Shown piece by piece: positions 33,213 through 45,884 of a stretch of DNA of 64,000 nt. The notes beneath the pieces are model-generated. The model made no database searches. It was not told the origin of the DNA and saw only the letters and a list, made by a program, of their open reading frames with translations. The position numbers were made by a program, and so were the translations under genes. Numbering within the stretch: position 1 is the first letter of the stretch; each line of letters starts with the position of its first letter. Origin of the DNA: Raillietiella orientalis (Eukaryota); the NCBI GenBank assembly GCA_036172245.1, contig JAYWIR010000053.1, positions 1 through 64,000 of the forward strand. Direction: 5' to 3'.

Positions 33213-36200
33213 TGCCGGGAATCGCCTCTCGCCGCCGTCTGCGAATTGCTTGTTGGAACGTCAACGGGCTATGCAACGACGGCAAGAGACGAGACGTGGG
33301 CTCCACCCTGGCATCGTTCGACCTGGTGCTGCTGCAAGAGATCCACGTGATCTCCGCAGATCAAGCAACGGTGATCGGGCGTACCTCGGGTGGACGGCTA
33401 CTGTGGATTTGCGGCACTGTTAAATCTTGCGGTGTCGCGTTCCTGCTCCGTCCAGCTGTCGAGGCTGCGGCAAAGGGCGTACGGTTCGATAGTGCCGGTC
33501 CCGTCGGGCACTTGACCATCAGGAGGTTGGACTCCATCGATCTGGTCATTACATACGGGTACGCCCCCAGCAACAGCGACGCGCTAGAGGCAAAGGCAAG
33601 GAGAGATTTCTTCCTTACCCCGAGGCGCGAATATCTCGACGATGCGAAAGTGGGCAAATCGCACCTAATCGCAGTTGACTTTAACCTGCGCCTGCTGTCG
33701 GGTGCGTCCGACACACTTCGGAACCGCGTCAACGAGCTGTGCGCAGAGATGCACACGCGAAACTTGTTCGCGGGAGATCCGTAAATTGCCGACAGCATAG
33801 ATCACGTGTTTCTTGATCAGCGCCTATGCTCACACGTGGGCAGGCGCGGCAAGTTACCGTCGGAACTGTCGGACCATGACCGCATCGTACTCGAGGTGCG
33901 CCCACGCGATAAGGGTTCCGCCGTCATCTACGTGGCGCTTACCGGGAAACTGACTGAAACTTCCGGAAGCCGCAAAGCTTCTCCGCGGATTCATACGAGC
34001 TTTCAGCTTGCAGATGCCTCAGGACTTAGACCGCTTCAAGCGCTCGGTCCGGAATTTTGGTGACGAGTTCCCTATGAACCTCCAGCCTGCCGGGTTTGGT
34101 GAAAGCGTGCGTAACGAGACACGGTATTTATAATCTCGATGTTACGCGCAAACATTAGACGTACGCAGGCTAGCCGAATACCGTGCGAAAGCCGAGAGGC
34201 AGGCGTGGCCATACGAAAAGGCCAGCTTACTGGACGATCAGGGTTCGAGGCACTTGGCCCCCGCCCAGGTAAAGGGCTTATTAAAAAAATTCTACTCCTC
34301 CCTGTACGCGCGCGCTGCACCGGAACGGGATGTCTCGCGACTTCTTCTACCGGAGGGCGCTCCGGCGATCGGGGAGGAAGATAGAAAGGCCCTCGACGAT
34401 GAGCGAGATCATTTTGTCCATAGGAAAGTACAAGAGGTGGAAGGCTCCAGGGGAGGACGGCCTGCCAGCGGAGTTTTCTCAATGTTTCGAGGCAGAGCTC
34501 ACTCCTTTGGTGAAGAAACTCACCTTGCTGTTCCGCGAAACGTGCGACGTCCCTGCCTCGTTTCGTTCGGCAAAGGTGCGTCTCCTTCCTAAGGGAGCAG
34601 ACCTTCGGAGCATGAGAAACTGGCGGCCGATTACCGTGATCAACGCGGATGCCAAGTTGCTGGCGAAATTGTGGGCTGAACGCCTGGGGCGGTTAGCGGA
34701 AAGTTTCATTTGCCCGGAGGAGACATATGCTGTTCCCGGGCGGAGCATGGATGCCAACCTGTTCCTCGCCAGCACCTTTCTCGCGCTCCAACAGGAAAGG
34801 GTCAGGATGGGCAACCGGACTTCCGGAATGTTTGCCGCTAGGAAACGGGAAGCTTGGGTGGAGGAGGGAGCCCTCGCAGTCGCAGTCGATTTGTATAAAG
34901 CTTTCGACTGTGTAAACCAGAGGCTCCTCCTGGAGCTCCTGGAACGCTTGGGCTTCCCGGTCTCTTTGCTGACCTACCTGCTATCCTGCTGGCGCGACGC
35001 GCTCATCCAGATCTTTTTCAGTGGACACACCGTGCACGGCGTACCGGTGCAACGCGGCATACGGCAGGGAGACAGCCTGAGTCCCATGCTCTTCAGTACA
35101 TAATTGGATTTGGTTCTGAGAGCGTACAGGGAAACTCTAGCGCACCTGCCGCGCGACTATCCTGGTACGCCCGTGGTGTCAACATATGCGAACGACCTAC
35201 TGCTGCTGTTTCCTATGTCCACCCGGGCTTCGACGGTCGAGGAGTTCTTCGACCTGCTAAGTCGGGGAACCGGGCTTGAGGTGAACAGCGCGAAGTCGTC
35301 CGTCATGCCAATCGGTGCAGCGTGGGCAAGGCAGCCATATGTGGTCCGTTTAAGGATCCCCACGGTACGGTACTTCAAGTACCTCCGTGTACCGATGGCT
35401 GATTATCTCCCTTCGGATGCGTGTTCCAGCTGCCTTCAAAAGGTAGAGACGGCGATCGGTCCGTTCCAAGGCCGCAGGTTTCTCCTGACGGAAAGGGCCG
35501 CGGTGTGGAACGCATTCGCGGCGCCCCTCCTCCGTTCCCTGCTTTTTGTTTGTCCCCCACCACAGAGAATAAAGAGCGGACGAAGGACCTCCTAAGGATT
35601 GCCCTGTGGGGTAATGGGAGAGCCCGAGTCCGACTTTAGGACTTGAGCACTCCGCGTCGGGACGGCGGTCTCGGCCTCTTGACGCTAGAGCGGCTAGAGC
35701 TCCAGCTCCAGTTTCGGTTACTCGCCCTAAAGGCGTAATATTGGAATAACAGTTGGTGCGAGCCCGCACGCCTACTCGTCGAGCAGGCTACAGGGAAGGT
35801 GGGACTGTCATCCTTCCTTGCGCTCCGTCGACGCCGCCGTGTCGGTGACTGCGGGTTGCAGCTACGGAGAGTGGCTGACCTGATTAGGAAGAACGCAGGA
35901 TGGCTCTGCTGTCGCCCCGTTAACGGACCTGCATGGCTGCAAGAGACGGTGCAGACGTGGGCAAGGAGCAAGCAGCAACCCAAGGAGGGCAGAGACAATT
36001 CTTCGCACGTAATGACCGACTCCCGGAGAGTCAGGCGAGAGAACCCCCAAAAACCAGCAGAGTCAGGCGAGAGAACCCCCAAAAACAAGCGTGGGCAAGA
36101 ACAACTCTTCTTGCTGCAATGCTGTTTCCGCTCTCGGAACACTTAAACGGCAACACTGCTGCGAAATTGGATGTTTACCTCAAAATCTGCGGTACGGAGA

Positions 36201-36814
36201 AAAAGATCGGGGAATGGAAAACGGGAATTCTCTGTTATACCGCGGCCCGGACTACCACCTCTATTGGACTTTAGCGCTAAGGCGAGCTGCTAAATGTTTC
36301 CCGGGAACAATTAAAGTGGCCGCCGGTGCTGATGAACACTTCCAGCCTCCCATTAAAATGGCAGGCGTCGTCGCTATTGTTGCTGCATTGGGGACTCCCC
36401 TGCTACGCCCGCCGACACCATTGGACCTGGAAAGGGGTGAGCCTTGATTGTGCGAGGTGTGGAGAACGGGAGTCCCTCACTCACCTCCTTTTGGATTGTG
36501 TGGCTCTTTCGACCCTTTGTAACCGTTTTGCCTCGGCAATCTGTATCTACTGAGGCAACCCCAGAGACGCAATTAGATCCCTCTTTGTTTGCGACGTTCT
36601 TCGACCCTCGGCCTCCTTAGCAACTCTGTGCTGCTTTCTCGGGATCGTCGCTGCATGTAGCAAAGCAACGGGAGGACCTCGCGATAATGGTGTTGTCCAG
36701 TGCGCAGCCGAGTTTATGCGGACAGCGACAGGAGGGACCCATCAGGATTCAGACATCCAAAAACAGCTTGCCGGCATCCTGCAAAGGATGTAACGGCCCC
36801 ACAGCACACTGTGA
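33212..36814 (+). pseudogene. A2 ORF2, heavily degraded
   Basis: MPGIASRRRLRIACWNVNG, LQEIH, VDFN, SDH, DLYKAFD, QGDSLSP, YAND and CARC...HLLLDC. Confidence 0.92.
36027..36090 (+). repeat. 32-bp tandem duplication inside A2 ORF2
   Basis: agagtcaggcgagagaacccccaaaaac(c/a)agc occurs twice. Confidence 0.9.
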
Positions 36815-37030
36815 TCCCTTCCCGTGTCCCCCAGATCTTGATTTTATATAAATTCTTTTTTGTTTTATTTTGTCCTTGGCCCCTCTGCTGTCGTGTTGCA
36901 CCGTACCGGATTACGAACCGGTGACCCGGCAGGCTTAATTTCGTATACTTGTGCGTGGCCGGACCATCTGGTCAGCCACCAACGTTTGTTTTATTGAAAA
37001 GAATAAACGCCTGGCGCAACCGGGTGAAAA

Positions 37031-37890
37031 ACGTGCTTTCGAACGGCCATGGTCCATAGTTGCAGGCGGAGGTGCTCCGCAGTCACCGCATTTCTCAACC
37101 AGTCGGCCGGAAGCCTTCAGACGTGCGTCGAAGGGACCTTGCCAGGTAGGAGAGGCTCACACACCAGCCTGTAGTGGTCGGAAAGCTCGGACGGCACGGG
37201 ACCTCTTCTACCCACACAACAATGCAGGTAATTGTCGAGGAACACATAGTCCGGCAAAGCACGCATCCCAGGATCGTCGACCTGGGAATTCGAGGCGTGC
37301 ACGGACGCGCACACCTCGTTCACCAGTTGTTTCTCTCGGCGACGGTGAGACTTCTCGGAAAACGCGTGGCCGTTGAAGTCTTAAGCTACGAGGTGAGCCA
37401 CGTCGGGGCCAAAGTTGCAGAGCCAGCGGTCGCGCAGTCTCTCGAGAAACTCCAGTTTCTCGGAGCGACGCGCGGAACCGCTCGGCGCGTACACGTTCGT
37501 GACGACAAGGTTGATCGATTCGGTCCACTTGAGAACAATTGGGCACACACTACCTTTCTCTTCGAAACATACACTCCGCACTGCTCCCGCCACCCTGCCT
37601 TGGACAAGGAATGCGACTCCGCAGGTATACTGGTAGCCTGACTTCCAATAAAGCGTCTTGCCTGCGCGAACTTACAGATCGGCCGCTTGCTGCTCGGAGA
37701 GTGCGTGAATCTCCTGCAGCAGGGCCAGATCGAAGTCGCGCAAGACGTTGGCAACCAATCGCCACTTCTCGTTGTCTCGCAGTGACGTCACCATCAGCTG
37801 ACGACAATGCCGCTCCGGCATTGCCAGGGAAGGACGTCTGCGCGCCGATCGATGAAGCCGCTTCCATTGCGCCTGCGCCCACTGTCGTTG
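37031..37890 (-). mobile_element. Element I fragment (end of ORF1 plus endonuclease); outermost visible host
   Basis: LALLQEIH, TNVYAPSG, HLVA*DFN, SELSDH and RLPADWL. Bounded by the A2 3' end and the H 5' end. Confidence 0.85.
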
Positions 37891-38995
37891 AAGTGGAAGG
37901 ACGTGTTTTTTCGGTGCTCCGGAAAACCGTCTTTTTTTACGGATGTTTCGGTGTATTTGGCGCGGTTGTTCCTGGGCAGAAATGCCCGAGGACACCGCCA
38001 ACAAGGCGGAGGGGGGCAAGCAAGCCTCGTCCCTCCAACCAATGGATGTTGGGGCCATCTCCCCAGCGGATTCGTCCCCCGCCCCGCCGAGGGCTTGGAG
38101 CGCGGTGGTGGCGGCGCCTGCGCCACCCCCCGCAGAGGAACAGCAGGCGTACATGGCCGACGGATACAACCCGGACCTCCTGTACAAGGTAGGTGGCCTG
38201 TACTTCCCGCGGTTTTGCGGTCGTTCGCGGCCGAATTCAAGAAATTGAAAGTCCCGGAGGACGAAGTCCTCGGGCTTTCCGTGCGAAGTGGCGCGCAGCT
38301 GGTTGAGCTGAACTGCAAGTCTGCAGGGATGGCTCAGCAGCCGCTCCGCCTGCCGGTGACCGTGAATGGTCGAAGAATCTTCCCGTTCACGCCGGAGAAC
38401 TCCATCATTGTCCACCTCACCGGCATCACCATGCGAATGGCAAAGACCGCAGTTCGCGAATCTTTAGAGCGCTTCGGAACCGTCCACGCGTTGTAGGCAA
38501 AACCCAATGTCCTGGGTTACACCAGGGCATTCAGTGGTTACGCCGCTGCCCGCGTGACCGTCCGAGCCGAGGGTGGGCTACCCCACAGAATGCAGGTCGG
38601 GGAGGAGAAGCTCGACCTGTGGTATGTGGGGAAACCCGTTTACTGCGACTTTTGCCAGGTGTCGGGGCATTTAGAAAAGAAATGCCCCAAAATCGTGTGC
38701 TTGGGATGTGGGGAGAAGGGGCACATCAGGCGGATATGCCCCAACCGAAAAAGGTCCGTTCCATCAGGCGCGAGGAAAGCAGACACGCCGAAGGAAAAGG
38801 ACCAAAGCCAACAACTGGCAGAATCCCGCCCTGCCGACCAACCCGCTGCTCAGCCATCCTCCAGCGAACAACCAGCTGGAGAAAGCGCCGAGAACAAGGA
38901 AGGTTGGCAAAAGGTAGAAAAGAAGAAGCCTCAGAAGAAGGAAGCAAAAAAGAAAAACAAGGCGGCGCCGAAAAAGCAGAAACCGGTCGTCCGCG
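37890..38995 (+). mobile_element. Element H 5' part (leader and ORF1 from about 37982), interrupted by E
   Basis: GGACGTG at 37899-37905; RAWSAVVAAP, GYNPDLLYKVG, CDFCQVSGHLEKKC and CLGCGEKGHIRRIC. Confidence 0.87.
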
Positions 38996-40622
38996 TTTTC
39001 ACCCGGATATGCCGGGGCATTTATTCAAAAGAATAAAATGACAATGGATTGTCGCGTGGTGAACCCAGAGGTCCACCACTACAAAACAGCTTGGTATTTA
39101 CGGGCGCTATGCCGTAGAGGTCCATCCGATCCGCGGGGGTTGGGAAAGAAAAAACAAAAAACAAACAAATAGTGGAAGTATGGGAAGAAACAAATGTTTC
39201 GGGAATGGGAGGGCAGGGAGGGGATCACCGTGCGGGCGGATAGGTCCTCTAGATCCTATTTAGGATCCGTACAAGCTGAGTCCTCTCTGCGCCCAAGTGG
39301 CGCCACTTGCAGACGTCTCGGACGAATAGGCGAGTGAACCGTAAGGCGTTGCCGGTTGGCTGACGTCTTCTTCTGGTGGCGTTCCAGGCCGCCACGATCC
39401 CACGAATGCAGCAGAGGACTGCTACAGAAGAGGGGGGGGACAACGCGTCACTACGGAAGAGGAGCCTAAAAACGTCCTTAGGGCCGCATCCGCGCAAGTC
39501 CAGGATCGCCGTAAGGCGATCTCATAAACGGCGGATGGCACTGCACTCGATGAGAAGGTGGGGGAAGGTCTCTTTTTCCCCGCACCGGTCACAATAAGGA
39601 TCCACAGCCCCCAGGGTTGTGTGATGAAGGCGTGCTTTGAATGGATGTCCCCAGAGGACCACAAGCAACGCCACATCCTGCCATTTCAGGGGGAGGGATC
39701 CACTGTTCCAGGACGGCGGGGGCCACTTCATCTCCTCCGGAGATAGTCCCACTAGCTCGCCCCAGCGTCGAATTCCGTTGGGCGGGACTCTCGGCGTCGC
39801 AGCGTCCGCTAGCTTCCGAGATGTCCACGCCATAATCGTTTGTGTGCTGCCTCCAATGGTGCAGGACACGTTCCAATTTCCAAGCTCTCTACTGTCCCTG
39901 GCGTCGATGAGGAAGGGCAGCACTGGGGAAAGGGTGGTTATCAAAGCCCACATGCGCTTTTCGTGGGACTGCACGATCTTCTGCAGTTTCCAGCGGGCGT
40001 GCCTTTGCAGACAAGTGTTTCTTGTGCCCTCCGAAACGTGGATCTTTACCCAGGTGGACACTGACTCGTGCAGCCATGCAGAGTAGTTCCCTGGGCGGCA
40101 GGAGATCCAGGCGTTCTCTTGTACCGCAACTTCCATGCGACGCAGGATTAAGCAGCCGTGTGCTTCTCTGCGGTCGCGTGCCAGCAGAAACGACAAAAGT
40201 CCGTCGAATCCGCAGGATCGTTGGGCCAGGTGAAGTGCTGGAACGCACCAAGGTGTGTCCCACAATCCGGCCTCGAGGGCAAGGGTCCTAAATCTTAATT
40301 GAACTTCCATGCGCTTCAGCTTAAGAACGCCAAGTCCTCCGTCCTTACGTGGAGCGCACAAGTCTTTGAGCCTCACACGGGACCTCCCTCTGCCCCAAAG
40401 GACGGTCCTCAGGAGGCCCGCTGCTCGTTTACGAATAAAGTACTGGGCGGGGCACACAAAAAGTAGGGGGCGAAGAAGAAGGGCCGCAAACGCGTTCCAC
40501 ATCGCGGCCCGTTCCTGCAAGTAGAACTTGTTTCTTGGAACGGACCGGTCGCCAACGCTGCCTTTTGGAGACGGTCGGACCAGGCTTCTGCTGCGCAGAA
40601 GTCCCCCATCGGAACGCCAAGG
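38996..40622 (-). mobile_element. E1: 3' 1.6 kb of an E-family element (from LGVP to a complete 3' end)
   Basis: ORF2 C-terminus with CDRC...PHLLIEC, 3' UTR, and AATAAAtgccccggcatatccgggtgaaaa. Confidence 0.88.
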
Positions 40623-43362
40623 CATGTTTGGGAAATAGGGGGAAGGCGGGAGGGGAATCACATTGCGCGCCGAAAGGTCCTCTAGATCCTGTTCAGAATC
40701 TTCACAAGCTGCGTCCGTTGTTCACCCAGGTGTCGCCACCTGCAAATGTTCCTCACAAAGAGGCGGGTCCAATATGTAGCCTTGCCGCTAACTTGGCGCC
40801 TTCTTCTTGTGGCGTTCCAAGCCGACACGACCCCTCTGATGCAGCAAAGAACTGCTACTGAGGCCGGTGGGGACAAGGCGTCATGCAAGAAGAGGGGCCT
40901 AAAAATTTCTTTAGGGCCACCTCCGTGAATGTTTAGGATCGTTGCAAGCCGATCCCAGAGAGGGTGGAGAGCATTGCACTCGATAAGAAGGTGGGGAAAT
41001 GTCTCTTTTTCTCCGCACCGGTCGCAATTGGCACCCACAGCCCCCCGTGTGCAGTGAGAGAGGCATGCTTTGTAGGGTAGACCCCAGTGTAAAACCGGCA
41101 ACGCCACCTCCTGCCTTTTCAAGGGGAGGGATACACTGTTCCAGGACGCTGGGGGCAACTTCATCTCCTCCGGAGATAGTCCGAGTAGCTCGCCCCAGCG
41201 TCGAATTCCGTTAGGCGGGACACTCGGCGTCGCAGCGTCCGTAAGCTGCCGAGATGTCCACGCCTCGATCTTTCGTGTCCTACCATCTATGGTGCAGGAC
41301 ACTGTCCATTTTCCCTGCTCTCTGCTGTTCCTGGCGTTTACTAAAAAGGGCAGCACTGGAGCAAGGGGGGTTATAAAGGCCCACAGAAACTGATCGTGAG
41401 ATTGCACGATTTCCTGCAGCGTCCAGCGGGCGTGCATTTTCAGGCAAGTGTTCTTTGTACCCGCCGGTACGTGGATCTTTTCCCAAGAGGGGACTGACTC
41501 GTGCAGCCATGCCGAGTGGTTCCCAGGAAGGCAGGAGATCCATTCGTTCTTCCGAGCCACGACGGCAATGCGACGCACGTGAAAGCCGCAATGCGAATTC
41601 CTGCGGTCGCGAGCCCAGAGAAACGACGAGAGTCCGCCATATCCAGAGGCACGTTGGGCCAGAAGGTGTGCTGCACGCACCAGGGCGTGTTCCACAGTTC
41701 CGCTGCAAGGACGAGCGTTCAGAACTGTAATTGTACTTCCATGCGCTCCAGCGTAAGTAGGCCAAGTCCACCGTCCTTACGTGGAGCGCACAAGTCTTTG
41801 AGTCTCACACGTGACCTCCCTTTGCCCCAAAGGACTGTCCTCAGGAGGCCCGCTGCTCTTTTTCCGACAAAATAAGGGTCGGAGCACACAAAAAGTAGGG
41901 GGCGAAGGAGTGGGGCCGCAAACGCGTTCCACACCGCGGCCCGTTCCTGCAAGTAGAACTTGCTTTCTTGGAACGGACCGATCGCCAACGCTGCCTTTTG
42001 GAGACGGTCGGACCAGGCTTCTGCTGCGCAGAAGTCCCCCTACGGAACGCCAAGGTACTTGAAGCACCTGCCCGTGGGGATCCCCAAGCGGATCCAGTCC
42101 GACCGTCCAGCCCACGCCGAGCCAACACGAGCCATGGACGACTTCGCCCTGTTCACCTCCAGGCCCGTCCCGCGGAGCAGCAACTCGAAGAAGTCCTCGA
42201 GTGCACTCGCCGGGGTGGACCCGGGAAGCAGCAGCAGAAGATCGTCTACATAGGCAGACATGGCAGGCGTGCCGGCACACGAGCTCGGCAGGGTTGCCAG
42301 AGTTACCCTGTATGCCTTCAGCACCAACTCGAAGTAGATGCTGAAGAGCAAGAGGCTCAGACTGTCACCCTGCCGGAAGCCGCGGCGTACGGGCACGCCG
42401 TACACGTGCCGGCCGCTGAAACAAACATTAATAGACGCGTTGCGCCAGCAGGAGCGCAGGTAGGACTGGATCACGGCCGGGAAACCCATGCGTTCCAGGA
42501 GCTCCAGAAGGAGATCCTGGTCGACGCAGTCGAATGCTTTGTGGAAATCGACCGCGACGGCAAGGGCTCCCGCCGAGTCCATCCCACCCTTTATCCGATC
42601 TTCTTGGTCAGAGAGGAGCGCGAGGCTTCCTTGACCATCCTGAGCAACGCGTTGTCGCAACTGCCACCATGAGCTGGCAAGGAGCAGGTTGGCCTCCATG
42701 ATTCGTCCGGGAACAGCGTAGGTCTGCTCGGGACTCACCACGGAAGCGGCCACTCGCCCCAAACGCTCAGCCCACAACTTGGCATACAACTTTGCGTCCG
42801 CATTCACTACTGTGATGGGACGCCAGTTGCGAACGTTGCGTAGGTCTCCTGACTTCGGCAGGAGACGTACTTTTGCTGACCGGAACGAAGCGGGAACTTC
42901 GTCGTGTTCGCGGATCAGCTGACTTAACATGAGCACCAGGGTGGCCAGCTTTGGCGCGAAGTAATTGTAAAACTCCGCGGGCAGGCCGTCCTCCTCTGGT
43001 GCCTTCCTTGCTATTAATTTCCTGATGGCGGAGATGATCTCTGTGATCGTAAAGGGTCCTGACAATCTGGAACAAACTTCCTCCCCGAGCGCAGGAGCAC
43101 CATTCGGCAGTAGGCACTGCGCGAAATGGCGCTCAGGTGTGAGTGGCGCGTATGAGGAGGAATAAAACTCCCGCACTATGCGGCTTTCCTGGGCTGGGCT
43201 GGAGCGTTCTTGGCCCTGATGGTCCAGCAAGCAGGCCGAGCCTGACTGCCAGGCCTGCCTCTCCGCCTCAGCCTTGAATTCAACCAGGCGACGGACGTCG
43301 GGACGCCTTGAATAACGGCGGGCCTGAAGGAACGCCCGCTCGTTCCTGACACCTTCGCCGAA
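40623..43362 (-). pseudogene. E2 ORF2, RT and zinc finger, with truncated 3' UTR
   Basis: FGEGVRNERAF, WRPITVVN, DFHKAFD, YVDD, KYLG and CDRC...PHLLIEC. Confidence 0.92.
43356..43362 (+). repeat. Triplicated target site CGCCGAA (also at 55026-55032 and 60691-60697)
   Basis: Flanks and separates D1 and D2. Host E2 reads RLPPSFG|EGVRNE across the array. Confidence 0.9.
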
Positions 43363-43467
43363 TCCCCGCTGTGTAGAGCGGACGTGCTTTTCCTGCGCTC
43401 CGCCTGCGTGGCAAAGCGAGTGTTTTTTCTTATTAAGTGATTTGTGCGTGAACATCGTCGGTGTCCG

Positions 43468-45338
43468 ATGGCAGCGTTGCCAGAGGACACCGCGATGGAA
43501 GTAGTCGTGATGGAGGCTTGTTCGTCCCCACAGCCTACTGGATCAGGGGCTTCCGCCCCGGAATCGTCCCCGGCGACGCCGAGGTCATGGAGCGCCATGG
43601 TGGCCGCGCCTAGCGTGGAAGCCATGGCCGAGATGAAAGCCTACAAGAAAGCGGGGTATAAACCCTCGCTAGTCTACAAGGTAGGCAACCTTTTCGATGG
43701 GCGAACTGCACGCGCCTTTACGAAGGCGCTGCAGGACGCCAATATTTTTGAAAAAGATCTCGACGGCCTCTGCGTCCTCAGCGGCGGGCAGCGGGTCGAG
43801 GTGGTATGCAAGGATATCACCTTGGCCCGACACCTGATCACCGACCCGCTGATCGTTGATGGTCGGAAGATCTTACCGATAACGATGGACCGCTCGGTGG
43901 TGGTCCATCTCACTGGGATCTCAAGTCGCATGACGAGGTCAGCGGTTCGAGAACAGCTACAAGAGCACGGAGAAGTGCACGCGTTTTGGCCGAAGTCCAC
44001 GATTTTCAGAGGCTACAATAGCCTTTTCGGAGGTCAAGCTGCGGCGCGTATCACGGTAAAAAAGGGTGGTGCGCTTCCCCATAAGCTGGAGGTCTGCCAA
44101 GAAGCGGTGGACCTCTGGTACGTGGGGAAACGCCAATTTTGTGGCTACTGCAATGCAGTAGGCATCTCCGAAAAAGGTGCCCGAACATTGTGTGCCACCT
44201 ATGCGGCGAAAAGGGTCACGATCGGCGCGTGTGCCCCAAGCCCCCCACCCCGGTGCCCCCTGCCGCCAAAAAGGCGCAGGGAAAACGTGGAAAGCTGGTG
44301 GAAAGACCAGCTCGCGAAAATGGCCGTTCCCAACTGCCAGCCTCCCTTCCTCCCGTACAGACGTCGGAGCAAATAGCTCCCGTGGACGCGGGAATGGAGG
44401 AGGCTTGGCAGCTGGTTCAGGCCAGAAAAGAGAAAAAAAAGATAGTGATGATAGAAGAAAATTCGGAGAAGAAAACTGCCGGCAACAAGAAAAAAGCCGC
44501 GCCGCTTTCAAAAAAAAAACTCAACGAACGCTCGGTGGCACTGGAACGCTTAGCCGTTCCTGCCGAGTCCGCCCGCGGCAATGTTCGCGGAACAGCTGAT
44601 GCGGACGCGATGAATACTCGCGTGGACGAGCCCAATCTACGTTTAGAGGGTGAGACGCGAGACTCGCGCGCCGACGGCCAGGACGCCGCGCTCGATAAAG
44701 TCGCGGAGGAGCCCGCGGCAACGTTCTCGGTCAACGATGACGCCGCGCTCGATAAGGTCGAGGAGCATCCTGGGGAAACGGTCGCCGCTGGCGAAGACGC
44801 GGCCTTCGAGAAAGCGGCGGAGGAGCTCGCAGCAACGCTCGCCGAGCGCGAAACCCCGTCGTGCAAGGGCGTACGCAGGTCGGCCCGACGAAGAAGGCCC
44901 CGCAGGTGAGTGCGACCTGTAAGCCGGAAGCGGATCCTCCTCCTCGGAGGCACCCATAGGAAGTCGGGACGCAAGTCCCAGAAACCAAGGAGGCTCCTCC
45001 CCTCCACCAGCGAGGAGTAGAAGCAGGAAGCCAGCGGTAGCGTGGGAATGCCGGAGGTTGAACTCCCACGCTCGGAAGCCGTCGAGCCGGCAACCCCCAT
45101 ATAGAAGGGTGAGCAAGAAGGCGAAGTCCTCCCTGCAGTCGCCGAGCCTGAACAGCCCGCCCCCATGGAGGAGGGCCAACAGGTAGGCGCGACCCCACCT
45201 GAGGGTGACCCGCTCGACGCGCCGGCACCGATGGAGGAGGAGGAAAAGGTGCCTTCAGTACCTGTCCCCCCTCCCCCTCTACCTAGCGTCCCGCCCCAGC
45301 AGGTGGCGGACGCCGCATCGCCGTTTTCCCTGGACTAA
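43468..45338 (+). pseudogene. D1 ORF1
   Basis: CGYCNAVG (frameshift) and CHLCGEKGHDRRVC; ends at TAACA. Confidence 0.9.
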
Positions 45339-45806
45339 CACCTGGGCTCGCCAGTCGCCGTCGGATTCGCGCGGCCTGTTGGAACGTCAACGGGCTGCGC
45401 GACGACGGCAACAGGCGAGATACAGCCGACACTCTGCGTGAGCTCGACCTGGCGCTGCTGCAGTAGATCCACGTGATCACCGCGGCAGACGCCCAGGAAA
45501 TCGAGACGATCGCGGGGGGTCGGCTGTATTGGCGATGCGGCCTCCGCAACACCTGCGGGGTCGCGTTCTTCGTGAAGCCGGCCATCGACGCTGCCGTAAA
45601 GGGCGTGCGGTTTGATGACGACGGTCGGATCGATCAGCTGATTCTCTGCTGGTCCGACTCGATCGACCTAATCGTCACAAACGTGTATGGCCCTAGCGGC
45701 AAACAGGGTTACCGCGACCGCACCAGGCTGCTGGAAACCCTGAAGCGCGACTGGCTGGCGGACAGGAACGGGCGGAAGGCTCACCTGATAGCGGGAGATT
45801 TCAATC
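45338..45806 (+). pseudogene. D1 ORF2 endonuclease N-terminal half
   Basis: CWNVNG, LQ*IH, NVYGP and AGDFN. Confidence 0.9.
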
Positions 45807-45884
45807 GAGTGCGGACGTGTTTTTCTTCGCTCTCGTCTCCGTGCTTTCATCCGCTTCATCTTTGCGTCGTACATTTTGACGACG

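Larger units (their letters stand above)
1..37030 (+). mobile_element. Non-LTR retrotransposon A2 (L1/Tx1-like); 5' end lies outside the window; interrupted by element G at 764-32752
   Basis: ORF1 reads EEIKKCSVVV at 737-763 and resumes VVVERMLDDVAFERAAVELA at 32754. Both parts match A1 ORF1 (RSVVVERF...NVAFARATKELA). ORF2 follows at 33212. The 3' end is AATAAAcgcctggcgcaaccgggtgaaaa at 37002-37030. Confidence 0.85.

Noticed and set aside
42040..43455. Apparent fusion ORFs across junctions (also 45473-45901 and 4261-4665)
   Set aside because: Chance read-through across insertion boundaries.
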